From contig NC_043017.1 of assembly GCF_006345805.1 (NCBI RefSeq), positions 18,228,001 to 18,292,000 of the forward strand: a DNA stretch of 64,000 nt, written 5' to 3'. The stretch's first letter is position 1; the number at the start of each line of letters is the position of its first letter. This DNA is from Octopus sinensis. Lineage: Eukaryota. A program made the position numbers and the translations under genes. Positions 11,501 through 24,954 of this stretch are shown here, piece after piece. Below the pieces are notes generated by a model. The model saw only the letters and a program-made list of their open reading frames with translations. It did no database searches and was not told the DNA's origin.

Positions 11501-14500
11501 TGCTTAATTTTGTCTGTAAGCACCATTTTCATTGATCTGCTTATGTTATACTCATATTTTCTTAAACCATTTTATGTTCTTGCTCCCAGTCTCCTGTATG
11601 TGCTTTGCCTTCTATCACTAAACTCTTTGACAATCATTGATATTCCTGTAACATTTTCTCCAGTCAACTCTTTTTGTTCATATTCTCTGGCCTCCCATAA
11701 TTCCTCTTAATCCTCTTTGTACATTAATCTGTTGTCTTTTAAACCAGGTCTTGTAATCTACCTGCCCAGTTACTATGGCTGCATGATCTACAAACCTCTG
11801 CGATAATTAACTTCAAAAATTAATTTTTATTATAATTCCTCTGGGTATTTTAATTAATCATTTCATTTTTAATTCATGTGAATGCTGGTCTTATAATCTC
11901 ATCCAGTTTCTTGTGTTAGTCAACAATTATTTTTACCACTTCATTAATCAACCCCCTTACTCCATAAATCAGATACATCCATTTAAAATTTTATTACCTG
12001 TAACTGCAGAAAGCAGTTTTATATACCAATCTATCTTTTGTTTTGGAATGTCATATTTGAAACATTTTTTTTTTTTGAGATATGTTAAGTTTTAATCAAA
12101 GCAAAATGACTAGCAGAAGAAACTAATTTTATTTTTTGGTAGATATTTAACAAAACTTCTGGAATAACTCAGAAATTTAATCTTCCAGTTAACATACTTT
12201 TAAACAGTTAAAATATAATTTCATGTTCAGAACGTTTAAATTGAACTTAATTAATCAAGACTTCATCTGCTTGAGACATGGCTCTTCATCAGGTGGACCA
12301 AACTACTAAAACAAAAAAGTATTTTTCATTAGGTGTGCCATTCAGAAAGTCCCATGGCCCCAGTTGGTCCATGACTGGTTTATTCAAATCGACTCCAGCA
12401 CTTTTTCTATGAAATCTGGTACTTATGTTCTAGTGGTCTCTTATACCAAACTAAGATGCAGGGACATAAACAAGTTTCAATCTTGTGTTGAGTCCCATCT
12501 GAGACATCAACAACCATCACCACTACATTCCACAGTTAAGAACAGGGAGGCCAAAAGGTGCACAACAATTTAACATATATATATATATTTATTTATATAT
12601 ACAGGCACGGGCATGGCTGTGTGGTTAGGGAGCTTGCTTCCTAGCTATATGGTTTCGGGTTCAGTCCCACTGCGTGGCACTATGGGTAGGTGTCTTTCAC
12701 TATAGTCCCGAGCTGACCGGAGCGTTGTGATTGAATTCGGTAGGTGGAAGTTACTGCCGTGTGTGTATATGTGCGTGTAGGTGCTTGTGCCTCTCCGAAA
12801 GAGAGAGAGATATATAGTCATAAGAAGCTACCTTTCAGTTGAAGAGACCCCACTTCCTTGTTGCCAGCAGAGATAATTAACTCCTTAAACTTTCCCCACT
12901 ATTTTTTTTTTTTACTTTGGTTATTATACTTTTAGGGCACCCACCTTCACATCAAATTAGGTCATCAAAGTGAGAGAATCTACTGACTATTTCTATGCAT
13001 GTTTTTGAGTACGGAAAAGAATTTCCTGGGTGTTTTTACAGCATACTCCTGTTCATATAAACCCTGCACCACCTTCCTGTATGCTCATAATTTACATCAT
13101 TGGCCATACCATAAGAGAATGGCTATCTACTCTTTGCATACTGTGCAAAGAGTAGATATCTTCTTTCTTGCTTCTGTATAATTTCAAAGTTTGTATAATT
13201 TTGCACAGATAAATATATTAATCAATCAAATTCCAACATGGTCTGATTTTTCAGAGTCTTTTGTTTTGTAGTTTTCACAATTTTATATTAAATATCATTT
13301 TGAGTGAGTTATTTAAAGAACAAATTTTGGCATTTTTCACCAGCTGTCAACTGTGAAGCACAACTGTCTGCTAATGTGGCTGCTGCATAAACTGAAGATT
13401 GACAAAAGAGGAAAAGTACTTGTGCTATTGTCATATGTCATCTGTTACTTGTTTCAGTCATTAGATTGCAGCCATGCTGGGGCACCACCTTGAAGAATGA
13501 ATTGACCCTAGCACTTATTTTTTTGAAAGCCTGGTACTTATTCTGTCGGCTTCTTTTGCTGAACTGCCAAGTAAAGACACCAACACTGGTGGTCAAGCAG
13601 AGCTGGGACACACGGACAAGGCTTCTCGCAGTTTCTGTCTACTAACAAATCCATTAATAAGGCTTTGGTTAGCCTGAGGCTATAGTAGAAGACACTTGCC
13701 CAAGGTGGTACAAAGTGGGACTGAACCAGGAATCGTGGTTGAGAAGCAAGCTTTTCAAAATAAATAGAACATGAAAAACCAGACTGTTGGAATTTGACTT
13801 AATATGAATATATGTGCACCAGTTTGTCAGTATAAATAACAGCAGTATGTTACTTCCTCATTTCGCAGGCGCCCCGAGCTGAATACAAGGAAGTTGGTCG
13901 AACTGTGTTTGTGAAATACAGCCTCCTAAGCAGCAACCCTAATATATTGACGGTCAGACAAGGCGATAAAATTGTAGTAAAAGCATTAGGTTGGTGTGAC
14001 CATCTTTCTTTTTTTGTTCTACATTATTTACAGCTGAGGATTAGGAATTCGAACCTTGCTAAAGCTTTTAAATTGAAATACTTTGACTCTTCTCTAGATA
14101 CCATGCCTTATTTAGTTCTTCTAATAACTGAGAATAGGGAATCTGCAGGTTCATGTGTAACCTTAGCAACCATTCACCATGCAGATTACTTCTAAAATGT
14201 GATGCTTATTTATTTACATTCTTGCATATTTCGATGATGTGGTTGAGCTGACAATGCCATATCTCAGGCAGATGCGAACTAAGTTATACTGGCCAGTGTG
14301 AACTTAGAAGAAGTAGAACAATGGGACCAGACATGGCTGGATTAAATGCATAGAAGGTTAAGTACAACCTCTGCAAGAAGTCTGATGTCCATAACAGATT
14401 TATAATTGACTACGTTATTCTATTGCGGTGGCCATGGTGGAGTATCACCTGGTATTAAACCCAGAAATTTTCTCTCTCTTTAGTAATATATATGTATGTA

Positions 14501-14652
14501 TGTATCTATATGTATGTATGTATCTATATGTATATATGTATCTATATATATGTATGTATCTGTATGTATGTATGTATCTATATATATATGTATGTATGTA
14601 TCTATATGTATGTATCTATCTATCTATATATATATGTATGTATATATGTGCA

Positions 14653-14685
<33 letters not shown>

Positions 14686-16244
14686 ATGCATGCATGCATG
14701 TATGCATGTATGTATGCATGCATCTATATGTATGTATGTATGTATGTATGTGTATGTATGTATGTATGTGTATGTATGTATGTATGTGTATGTATGTATC
14801 TGTATGTATGTATGTATCTATGTATGTATGTATGTATGTATCTGTATGTGTATGTATGTATGTATGTGTATGTATGTATGTATGTGTATGTATGTGTGTG
14901 TGTGTATGTATGTGTATGTATGTGTGTGTGTGTATGTATGTATATGTATGTATATGTATGTATGTATGTGTGTATGTGTGTGTGTGTGTGTATGTATATG
15001 TATGTATATGTGTATATATATGTATGTATGTGTATGTATGTATCTATATATGGATCTATGTATATGTATGTATCTATGTATATGTATGTATGTATCTATC
15101 TATATATGTATGTATCTATATGTATGTGTGTGTATGTATATGTATGTATGTGTCTGTATGTATGTGTCTATGTATGTATGTATGTATGTGTCTATGTATG
15201 TATGTATGTATGTATGTGTCTATGTATGTATGTGTCTATGTATATGTATGTATCTATATATATGTATGTATCTATATATATGTATGTATCTATCTATATA
15301 TATGTATGTGTATATGTATCTATATATATGTATCTATATATATGTATCTATATATATGTATCTATATATATGTATCTATATATATGTATCTATATATATG
15401 TATCTATGTATATGTATCTATGTATATGTATCTATATGTATCTATATATGTATATGTATCTATATATGTATATGTATCTATATATGTATATGTATCTATA
15501 TATATGTATATGTATCTATATATATGTATATGTATGAATCTATCTATATATGTATGTATCTATATGTATGTATGTATCTATGTATGTGTATGTATGTATG
15601 TGTATGTATCTATATGTGTGTATGTATATGTATCTATATGTATCTATATGTGTGTATGTATATGTATCTATATGTATCTATGTATGTATCTATGTACGTA
15701 CGTACGTACGTACGTACGTACGTACGTACGTATGTACGTATGTATCTATATATATGTATGTATCTATATATGCATGTATATGTATGTATGCATGTATATG
15801 TATGTATGCATGTATATTTATGCATGTATGTGTATATGTATGCATCTATGCATGCATGTATCTATGTGTGTATGTATATGTATGTATCTATATATATACA
15901 TGTATGTATGTATCTATATGTATGTATCTATATATATATATATACATGTATGTATGTATGTATCTGTATGTATGTATGTATGTATCTATATATATATACA
16001 TGTATGTATGTATGTATCTGTATGTATGTATGTATGTATGTATGTATGTGTATGTATATGTTTGTATATGTATGTATATGTGTGTATATGTATGTATGTA
16101 TGTGTCTATATATGTATGTATATATCTATGTATGTGTATGTATCTATGTATGAATATGTATATTTATGTATGTATATATATATATATATGTATGTATATA
16201 TGTATCTATATATATGTATATGTATCTATATATATGTATATGTA

Positions 16245-16283
<39 letters not shown>

Positions 16284-18051
16284 CTATATATGTATGCATC
16301 TATGTATATGTATGCATCTATATATATACATGTATGTATGTATCTATCTATATATGTATGTATGTATCTATCTATATATACATGTATGTATCTATGTATG
16401 TATCTATGTATGTATGTATGTATCTATATATATATATGTATGTATTTATGTATGTATCTATATATATATATATATATGTATGTATCTATACTATGTATGT
16501 ATGTATCTATCTATCTATCTATATATGTATGTGTATGTATCTATATGTATGCATATGTATGTGTATGTATCTATATGTATGCATATGTATGTGTATGTAT
16601 GTATGTATGTATGTAAGTATGTATGTATATATCTATATATGTATGTATATATCTATGTATGTATGTATATATATATATGTATGTATGTATATATCTATGT
16701 ATGTATGTATATATATATATGTATGTATGTATATATCTATGTATGTATGTATATATCTATGTATGTATGTATATATCTATGTATGTATGTATATATCTAT
16801 GTATGTATGTATATATATGTATGTATGTATCTATATATATGTATGTATGTATGCGTATGTATGTATGTATGTATCTATATATATATATGTATGTATGTAT
16901 ACGTATGTATCTATCTATATATGTGTATGTATGTATATGTATGTACGTATCTATATATGTATGTATATATGTATGTATGTATCTATATGTATGTATGTAT
17001 CTATATGTATGTATGTATCTATATGTATGTATGTATCTATATGTATGTATGTATGTATCTATATATATGTATGTATGTATCTATATGTATGTATGTATGT
17101 ATACATCTATGTATGTATATATATCTATGTATGTATATGTATGTATGTATGTATGTATGTATCTATATATGTATGTATATATATTTATGTATCTATATTT
17201 ACGTATCTATATGTATGTGTATGTATCTATATATATATATATATATATATGTATATGTATGTATCTATATGTATGTATGTATTAATATGTATCTATATGT
17301 ATGTATCTATCTATATGGATGTATCTATCTATATGTATGTATATGCATTTAGGTATGTATGTATGTATATGTATGTATATATGTATGTATATATGCATGT
17401 ATATATGTATATATGTATGTGTATATATGTATGTATCTATATATGTATCTATGTATATGTATGTATGTATCTATATGTATATATACATGCATGTAAGTAT
17501 CAATATATATATATGTATGTATCTATATATAAATGTATGTATGTATACGTATGTATTTATATATGTATGTATATATGTATATCTATGTATGTATATATGT
17601 ATATATATATGTATGTATACATCTATGTATGTATATGTATCTATCTATATATATGTATGTATGTATCTATATGTATATATGTATCTATATATGTATCTAT
17701 ATATGTATGTATGTATGTATGTATGTCTGTGTGTGTGTGTGTGTGAATATGTATGTATATATATGTATGTGTATGTATGTATGTATGTATGTATGTATAT
17801 GTATGTATGTATGTATCTATATATATGTATGTATGTATGTATCCATATACATGTATGTATGTATGTATCCATATACATGTATGTATGTATGTATCCATAT
17901 ACATGTATGTATGAATCTATCTATATATGTATGTGTCTATATGTATGTGTGTATGTGTATGTATCTATATATATATACATGTATGTATGTATGTATCTAC
18001 ATGTATGTATGTATGTATCTACATGTATGTATGTATGTATGTATGTATGTA

Positions 18052-18086
<35 letters not shown>

Positions 18087-18429
18087 ATGTATGTATATAT
18101 ATGTATATGTATGTATGTATGTATGTATGTATATGTATGTATGTATGTATGTATCTATATATATGTATGTATGTATCTATATATATGTATGTATGTATGT
18201 ATCTATATACATGTATGTATGTATGTATCCATATACATGTATGTATGAATCTATCTATATATGTATGTGTCTATATGTATGTGTGTATGTGTATGTATCT
18301 ATATATGTATGTGTCTATATGTATGTGTGTATGTATCTATATATATATACATGTATGTATGTATGTATCTACATGTATGTATGTATGTATGTATGTATGT
18401 ATGTGTGTGAATATGTATGTATATATATG

Positions 18430-18461
<32 letters not shown>

Positions 18462-18975
18462 TCTATATATATGTATGTATGTATGTATCTATATATATGT
18501 ATGTATGTATGTATCTATATACATGTATGTATGTATGTATCTACATGTATGTATGTATGCATGTATCTACATGTATGTATGTATGCATGCATGTATGTAT
18601 GTATGTATGCATGTATGTATCTATGTATGTATGTATCTATGTATGTATCTATGTATGTATGTATCTATCTATGTATGTATGTATCTATGTATGTATGTAT
18701 GTATGTATCTATGTATGTATGTATCTATGTATGTATGTATGTATCTATGTATGTATGTATCTATGTATGTATGTATCTATGTATGTATGTATCTATGTAT
18801 GTATCTATGTATGTATGTATCTATGTATGTATGTATCTATGCATGTATGTATGTATGTATGTATGCATGTATATTTATGCATGTATCTATATATGTATGT
18901 GTGTATGTATATGTATCTATATGTATGTATCTATTTGTATGTATGTATGTATGTATTTGTATGTATGTATGTATC

Positions 18976-19007
<32 letters not shown>

Positions 19008-21437
19008 TGTATGTGTATGTATATGTTTGTATATGTGTGTATATGTATGTATGTATGTGTCTATATATGTATGTATATATCTATGTATGTGTATGTATAT
19101 GTATCTATATATATGTATATATATGTATGTATATATATATATGTATCTATATATGTATGTATATATATATGTATATATATATGTATGTATCTATATATGT
19201 ATGTATCTATATATGTATGTATCTATATATGTATGTATCTATATATGTATGTATCTATGTATATGTATGTATGCATCTATATATATACATGTATGTATGC
19301 ATCTATATATATACATGTATGTATGTATCTATCTATATATGTATGTATGTATGTATCTATATATATATGTATGTATCTATACTATATATGTATCTATATA
19401 TATATATGTATCTATACTATGTATGTGTATGTATCTATATGTATGTATATGTATATATGTATGTATATATGTATGCATATGTATGTGTATGTATGTATGT
19501 ATATGTATGTATGCATGTATGTATGTATCTATGTATATATCTATGTATATATCTATGTATGTATGTATATATCTATGTATGTATGTATATATCTATGTAT
19601 GTATGTATCTATATATATCTATGTATGTATGTATCTATATATATATATATGTATCTATATATATATATGTATCTATATATATATGTATGTATCTATATAT
19701 ATATGTATGTATCTATATTATATATGTATCTATATATATGTATGTATCTATATGTATGTATGTATCTATATATATGTATGTATCTATATATATATGTATG
19801 TATCTATATGTATGTATCTATATGTATGTATGTATGTATGTATCTATATATGTATGTATATTATCTATATATGTATGTATATTATCTATATGTATGTATG
19901 TATGTATGTATGTATCTATCTATATGTATGTATGTATATATATTTATGTATCTATATGTATGTGTATGTATCTATATATATATATATATATGTATGTATC
20001 TATATGTATGTATGTGTACGTATGTATCTATATGTATGTATGTGTACGTATGTATCTATATGTATGTATCTATATATATATATATATGTATCTATGTATG
20101 TATGTATCTATGTATCTATCTATATGTATGTATGTATCTATGTATCTATTTATATGTATGTATGTATGTATCTATCTATCTATCTATCTATCTATGTATG
20201 CATATGTATGTATGTATATGTATCTATATATATATGTATGTATGTATATATATATATGTATGTATGTATCTATATATATGTATGTATGTATCTATATATA
20301 TGTATGTATGTATGTATCTATATATATGTATGTATGTATGTATCTATATGTATGTATGTATCTATATGTATGTATGTATCTATATATATGTATGTATCTA
20401 TATATATGTATGTATCTATATATATATATGTATGTATCTATATATATGTATGTATGTATCTATATATATATGTATGTATGTATCTATATATATATGTATG
20501 TATGTATCTATATATATATGTATGTATGTATCTATATATATATGTATGTATGTATCTATATATATATGTATGTATGTATCTATATATGTATGTATCTATC
20601 TATCTATATATGTATGTATCTATCTATATATATATATGTATGTATCTATCTATATATATATATGTATGTATCTATATATATATATATATGTATGTATCTA
20701 TATATATATATGTATGTATCTATATATATATATATGTATGTATCTATCTATATGTATGTATGTATCTATATATATGTATGTATGTATCTATATATATGTA
20801 TGTATGTATGTATCTATATGTATGTTATGTATCTATATATATGTATGTATGTATCTATATATGTATGTATGTATCTATATATATGTATGTATGTATCTAT
20901 ATATATGTATGTATGTATCTATATATATGTATGTATCTATATATATATATATGTATGTATCTATATATATATATATGTATGTATCTATATATATATATAT
21001 ATGTATGTATCTATCTATATATATATGTATGTATCTATATGTATGTATGTATCTATATATATGTATGTATGTATCTATATATATGTATGTATGTATCTAT
21101 ATACACGTATGTATGTATCTATATATATACATGTATGTATGTATCTATATATATACATGTATGTATGTATCTATATATATACATGTATGTATGTATCTAT
21201 ATATATACATGTATGTATGTATCTATATATATGCATGTATGTATGTATCTATATATATACACGTATGTATGTATCTATATATATACATGTATGTATGTAT
21301 CTATATATATACACGTATGTATGTATGTATATGTATGTATGTATCTCTATATGTATGTATGTATCTATATGTATGTATGTATGTATCTATATATATATGT
21401 ATGTATGTATCTATATATATGTATGTATGTATGTATC

Positions 21438-21468
<31 letters not shown>

Positions 21469-22404
21469 ATCTATCTATCTATATATATATATATGTATGT
21501 ATCTATCTATATATATATATATGTATGTATCTATCTATATATATATATATGTATGTATGTATCTCTATATATATATATGTATGTATCTATCTATATATAT
21601 ATGTATGTATGTATCTATCTATCTATATGTATGTATGTATCTATCTATCTATATGTATGTATGTATCTATCTATATGTATGTATGTATCTATATGTATGT
21701 ATCTATCTGTATGTATGTATGTATGTATATGTATGTATCTATATATATATGTATGTATGTATATGTATGTATCTATATATATATGTATGTATGTATATGT
21801 ATGTATCTATATATATATGTATGTATGTATATGTATGTATCTATATATATATGTATGTATGTATATATATGTATCTATATATATATGTATGTATGTATAT
21901 GTATGTATCTATATATATATGTATGTATGTATATGTATGTATCTATATATATATGTATGTATGTATATGTATGTATCTATATATATATGTATGTATGTAT
22001 ATATATGTATCTATATATATATCTATATCTATATATATGTATCTATATATATGTATCTATATAAATATATATGTATCTATATAAATATATATGTATCTAT
22101 ATATATATATATATGTATCTATATATATATATATGTATCTATATATATATATATGTATCTATATATGTATGTATCTATATATATATGTATGTATCTATAT
22201 ATATATGTATGTATCTCTATATATATATGTATGTATCTATATATATATGTATGTATCTATATATATATGTATGTATCTATATATATATATATGTATCTAT
22301 ATATATATCTATATCTAATATATATATATTATATGTATCTATATAATATATATGTATCTATATATATATATATGTATCTATATATAATATATATTATATG
22401 TATC

Positions 22405-22435
<31 letters not shown>

Positions 22436-23443
22436 ATCTATATGTATGTATGTATCTATCTATATGTATGTATGTATATGTATGTATGTATCTATATGTA
22501 TGTATATGCATTTAGGTATGTATGTATGTGTATGTATGTATGTGTATGTATATGTATATATCTATCTATATATGTATATGCATGCACATACATATATATA
22601 CATACATACATGCATATACATACATATAGATACATACATACATACACACACACATATATATACATACATACGTATACAAAAGCACCATCCGTTCGTGGCC
22701 GTTTGCCAGCTCTGTCTGGCACCTGTGCAGGTGGCACGTTAAAAGCACCCACTACACTCACGGAGTGGTTGCCGTTAGGAAGGGCATCCAGCCGTAGAAA
22801 CACTGCCAGATCTGACTGGGCCTGATGAAGCCTTCCAGCTTCACAGACCCCAGTTGAACCGTCCAACCCATGCTAGCATGGAGAACGGACGCTAAATGAT
22901 GATGTATCTATCTATATATGTATATGTATGTATATGTATGTATGTATATGTATGTATGTATATATATGTATGTATATATGTATATATGTATATGTATGTA
23001 TATATGTATGTATCTATCTATATGTATGTATCTATCTATATGTATGTATATATGTGTATGTATGTATATATGTGTATGTATGTATCTATATGTATGTATC
23101 TATCTATATGTATGTACGTATCTATATGTATGTATCTATCTATATGTATGTACGTATCTATATGTATGTATATGTATGTGTGTATGTATGTATGTATGTA
23201 TGTGTGTGTGTGTGTGTGTGTGTGTGGTGTGTATGTATGTATGTATGTATGTATGTATCTATCTATGTATCTATCTATCTATGCATGCATGCATGTATGT
23301 ATGCATGTATCTATCTGTATGTATCTATGTGTGTATGTATGTATATGTATGTATGTATGTACGTATGTGTATGTATGTATGTATGTATGTATGTATGTAT
23401 GTGTGTGTGTGTATGTATGTGTGTATACGTATGTATGTATATA

Positions 23444-23474
<31 letters not shown>

Positions 23475-24476
23475 ATGTATATGTATGTATGTGTATTTGT
23501 GTATATGTATGTGTGTGTATGTATGTGTGTGTATGTATATATGTGTGTGTATGCATATATGTGTGTATGCATATATGTGTGTGTATGTATATATATATGT
23601 GTGTGTATGTATGTATATATATATGTGTGTGTGTATGTATATGTGTGTGTGTATGTATATGTGTGTGTGTATGTATGTGTGTGTGTATGTATGTATATGT
23701 GTGTATGTATATATATGTGTGTATGTACGTACGTATCTATGTGTGTATGTATGTACGTATCTATATATATGTATCTATACATGTGTATGTATGTATCTAT
23801 ATATGCATCTATATATATATATATGTACGTATGTGTATGTATGTATGTGTGTATCTCTATATGTATATGTATGTGTGTATGTATATGTATCTATTTGTAC
23901 GTATGTGTAAGTATGTATGTATCTCTATATGTGTGAGCCTGTGGGTTAGAGATGCTCAGCTGTGAAGAGTTGTAGGCAGTGAGCCTGTATGCAATGACAA
24001 CCACACTTTTACTTACCTTGAGTTGTCTTTTCAAACTGCCATCCTATGTGCGAGGCCCAATGTTTGTAGATCCTTTCTCATCACATTATCTCAAATACAA
24101 ACACTAACAGTAATATCAAACTAAAACCTGTGTCAATTTTTTTAATTTTTTGTCACCAATGAAAGCACTACAAGTTGTGTCCCTAGCTAACCTCCCTGCT
24201 CACCATGACCCCACTTAGTCCTTTCTCTCTAACTGACTGATTGTGATAAATAGGACACTGTGAAATAGTCAAACCGCAACTTGCAGGCTTTGAACTGGTG
24301 GTCAAAATGTTGCTATTTTGATAAAAATCTTGACCCCCACCCCGCCCTCTTCAACAGGCGAACCCACTTAAAATCTTAAATGTTTTCTGTTTCTTCCAAT
24401 AGGGGCTGACTGGTTTCAGGGCTGTTTGAAGAATAAAATTGGTCTGGTGCCTTGGAACTGTATTCACCAACGTTGA
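1039..24476 (+). CDS. NCF2: p67phox (NCF2)/NOXA1-like NADPH oxidase activator, multi-exon: join(1039..1121,2412..2520,4660..4797,7879..7983,9287..9599,10530..10567,13869..13989,24403..24476); 5' end incomplete; 326 aa visible
   Basis: All junctions are GT-AG with consistent phases (2,0,0,0,1,0,1). The translation [71 protein letters not shown]...[25 protein letters not shown] is colinear with recalled human p67phox (AFTRSINRDKHLAVAY...RGNQLIDYKILGL...VLYNIA...FRPNERQV...DYLGKATVVAS). It ends in an SH3 ([10 protein letters not shown]...DWFQG...GLVPWN). Orthology to NCF2 versus NOXA1 is not resolvable by eye. Confidence 0.85.
2412..2520 (+). CDS. NCF2: NCF2-like exon, TPR and beta-hairpin insertion (109 nt)
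   Basis: tcttttcag|T...GAG|gtaaat; [36 protein letters not shown]. Confidence 0.9.
4660..4797 (+). CDS. NCF2: NCF2-like exon, TPR (138 nt)
   Basis: cccattcag|GCT...CAG|gtaagt; [46 protein letters not shown]. Confidence 0.9.
4916..5136. mobile_element. piggyBac-like MITE, second family
   Basis: TTAA flanks; TIR ccctttagtgtt. Confidence 0.8.
7222..7574 (+). mobile_element. non-autonomous Helitron
   Basis: Inserted at A|T with no TSD; 5' TCTTTATATATAAAA; 3' GC-rich subterminal segment (cctgagcaacgccgggcg) then CTAG. Confidence 0.75.
7879..7983 (+). CDS. NCF2: NCF2-like exon leading into the activation domain (105 nt)
   Basis: gttttcag|CAA...AAG|gtgagt; [35 protein letters not shown]. Confidence 0.9.
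9287..9599 (+). CDS. NCF2: NCF2-like exon: end of activation domain, low-complexity linker, Pro-rich region (313 nt; alternative donor at 9581)
   Basis: ttttccag|GTT; open frame [10 protein letters not shown]...[32 protein letters not shown]; two phase-1 donors (9581 gtaaac, 9599 gtaaag). Confidence 0.75.
10530..10567 (+). CDS. NCF2: NCF2-like micro-exon (38 nt)
   Basis: tttttacag|CA...AAA|gtgagt; converts phase 1 to phase 0 as required to join 9599 and 13869; [12 protein letters not shown]. Confidence 0.6.
13869..13989 (+). CDS. NCF2: NCF2-like exon, N-terminal half of SH3 (121 nt)
   Basis: tttcgcag|GCG...G|gttggt; [40 protein letters not shown]. Confidence 0.75.
14486..22677. repeat. giant compound microsatellite (TATG/TATA/TCTA/TGTG)n, about 8.2 kb
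   Basis: Directly visible; built almost only from TA, TG and TC dinucleotides. Confidence 0.98.
22678..22904 (+). mobile_element. RTE-tailed short element (truncated LINE or RTE-mobilised SINE); related copies at 40646-40897(-), 41828-42267(-), 59168-59403(-)
   Basis: The 3' 170 nt match the 3' end of the RTE at 50470-50654, including the (GAT)n tail. Confidence 0.8.
22905..23935. repeat. second compound (TATG/TGTG)n block, about 1 kb
   Basis: Directly visible, separated from the first block by an RTE-tail element. Confidence 0.97.
24403..24476 (+). CDS. NCF2: NCF2-like terminal exon, C-terminal half of SH3, TGA stop
   Basis: ttcttccaatag|GG; phase 1 matches exon 13869; [23 protein letters not shown] carries the SH3 W..G and GLVP.N motifs. 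Confidence 0.8.
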
Positions 24477-24575
24477 CACCTTAACAAAGACACTTTTCCT
24501 AAGTGACACACATCTACTCTGCTGTCTCCACAGACAGACCAACACACACTGCCCACTTTGTGTTACACAAACACA

Positions 24576-24628
24576 TTTATTCAGGAAGAGACAAAAGTCT
24601 CAATTTTGAAAAAACAAAAACTTTTATT
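24576..24628 (-). terminator. candidate ODF2 poly(A) signals (two AATAAA on the - strand)
   Basis: tttatt at 24576-24581 and 24623-24628; a GT-rich stretch (tgtgtttgtgt, gtgtgtgttggtctgtctgtgg) follows the first on the - strand. Confidence 0.55.
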
Positions 24629-24634
24629 TGGCTG

Positions 24635-24954
24635 ATTAAATATGATCACATTCTACAATAATTGTTAAGTTTGGGTGCAGGGAAGGGAGGAAGGGAGGAG
24701 GAGGTAACGAAGCAAGGTACCTCACAATAAGTTACATTTCACATTGAAATACTAAGTACAACAATGTACTACATGTGATTACATAATGTACAGCAATGAA
24801 GCTCGCATAAGATTGTGTGGTACTGTGCTATGTACCTCTTACATGAAGAACAGCAGTGTACCTCTTACATGATTGAACTATAAGGTGCAGCAATGTACCC
24901 TCAAACAAAGACAAGCTAAATACACGTTTCAAACAAACTGTTTCGCACAATAAA
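24635..24954 (+). terminator. candidate poly(A) signals of the NCF2-like gene (ATTAAA 24635-24640; AATAAA 24949-24954)
   Basis: First hexamers seen downstream of the TGA at 24476; usage unknown. Confidence 0.4.

Noticed and set aside
12333-12573. ORF with an upstream acceptor as a possible PB1 exon
   Set aside because: No PB1 motif, and the phase is incompatible with the flanking exons.
14098-14360. Candidate exons after the first SH3 half ([18 protein letters not shown]; [11 protein letters not shown])
   Set aside because: The first lacks SH3 motifs; the second has no phase-compatible acceptor. The exon at 24403 completes the SH3 much better.
22824-22860. CTGATGA in the RTE-tail element as a hammerhead core
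   Set aside because: No following helix II or GAAA; other copies read ctggtgca at this position.
14428-23965. Very long ORFs (up to 1474 aa) of M/Y/V/C/I repeats
   Set aside because: TATG/TATA/TCTA repeats lack stop codons; these are intronic simple-repeat artefacts.
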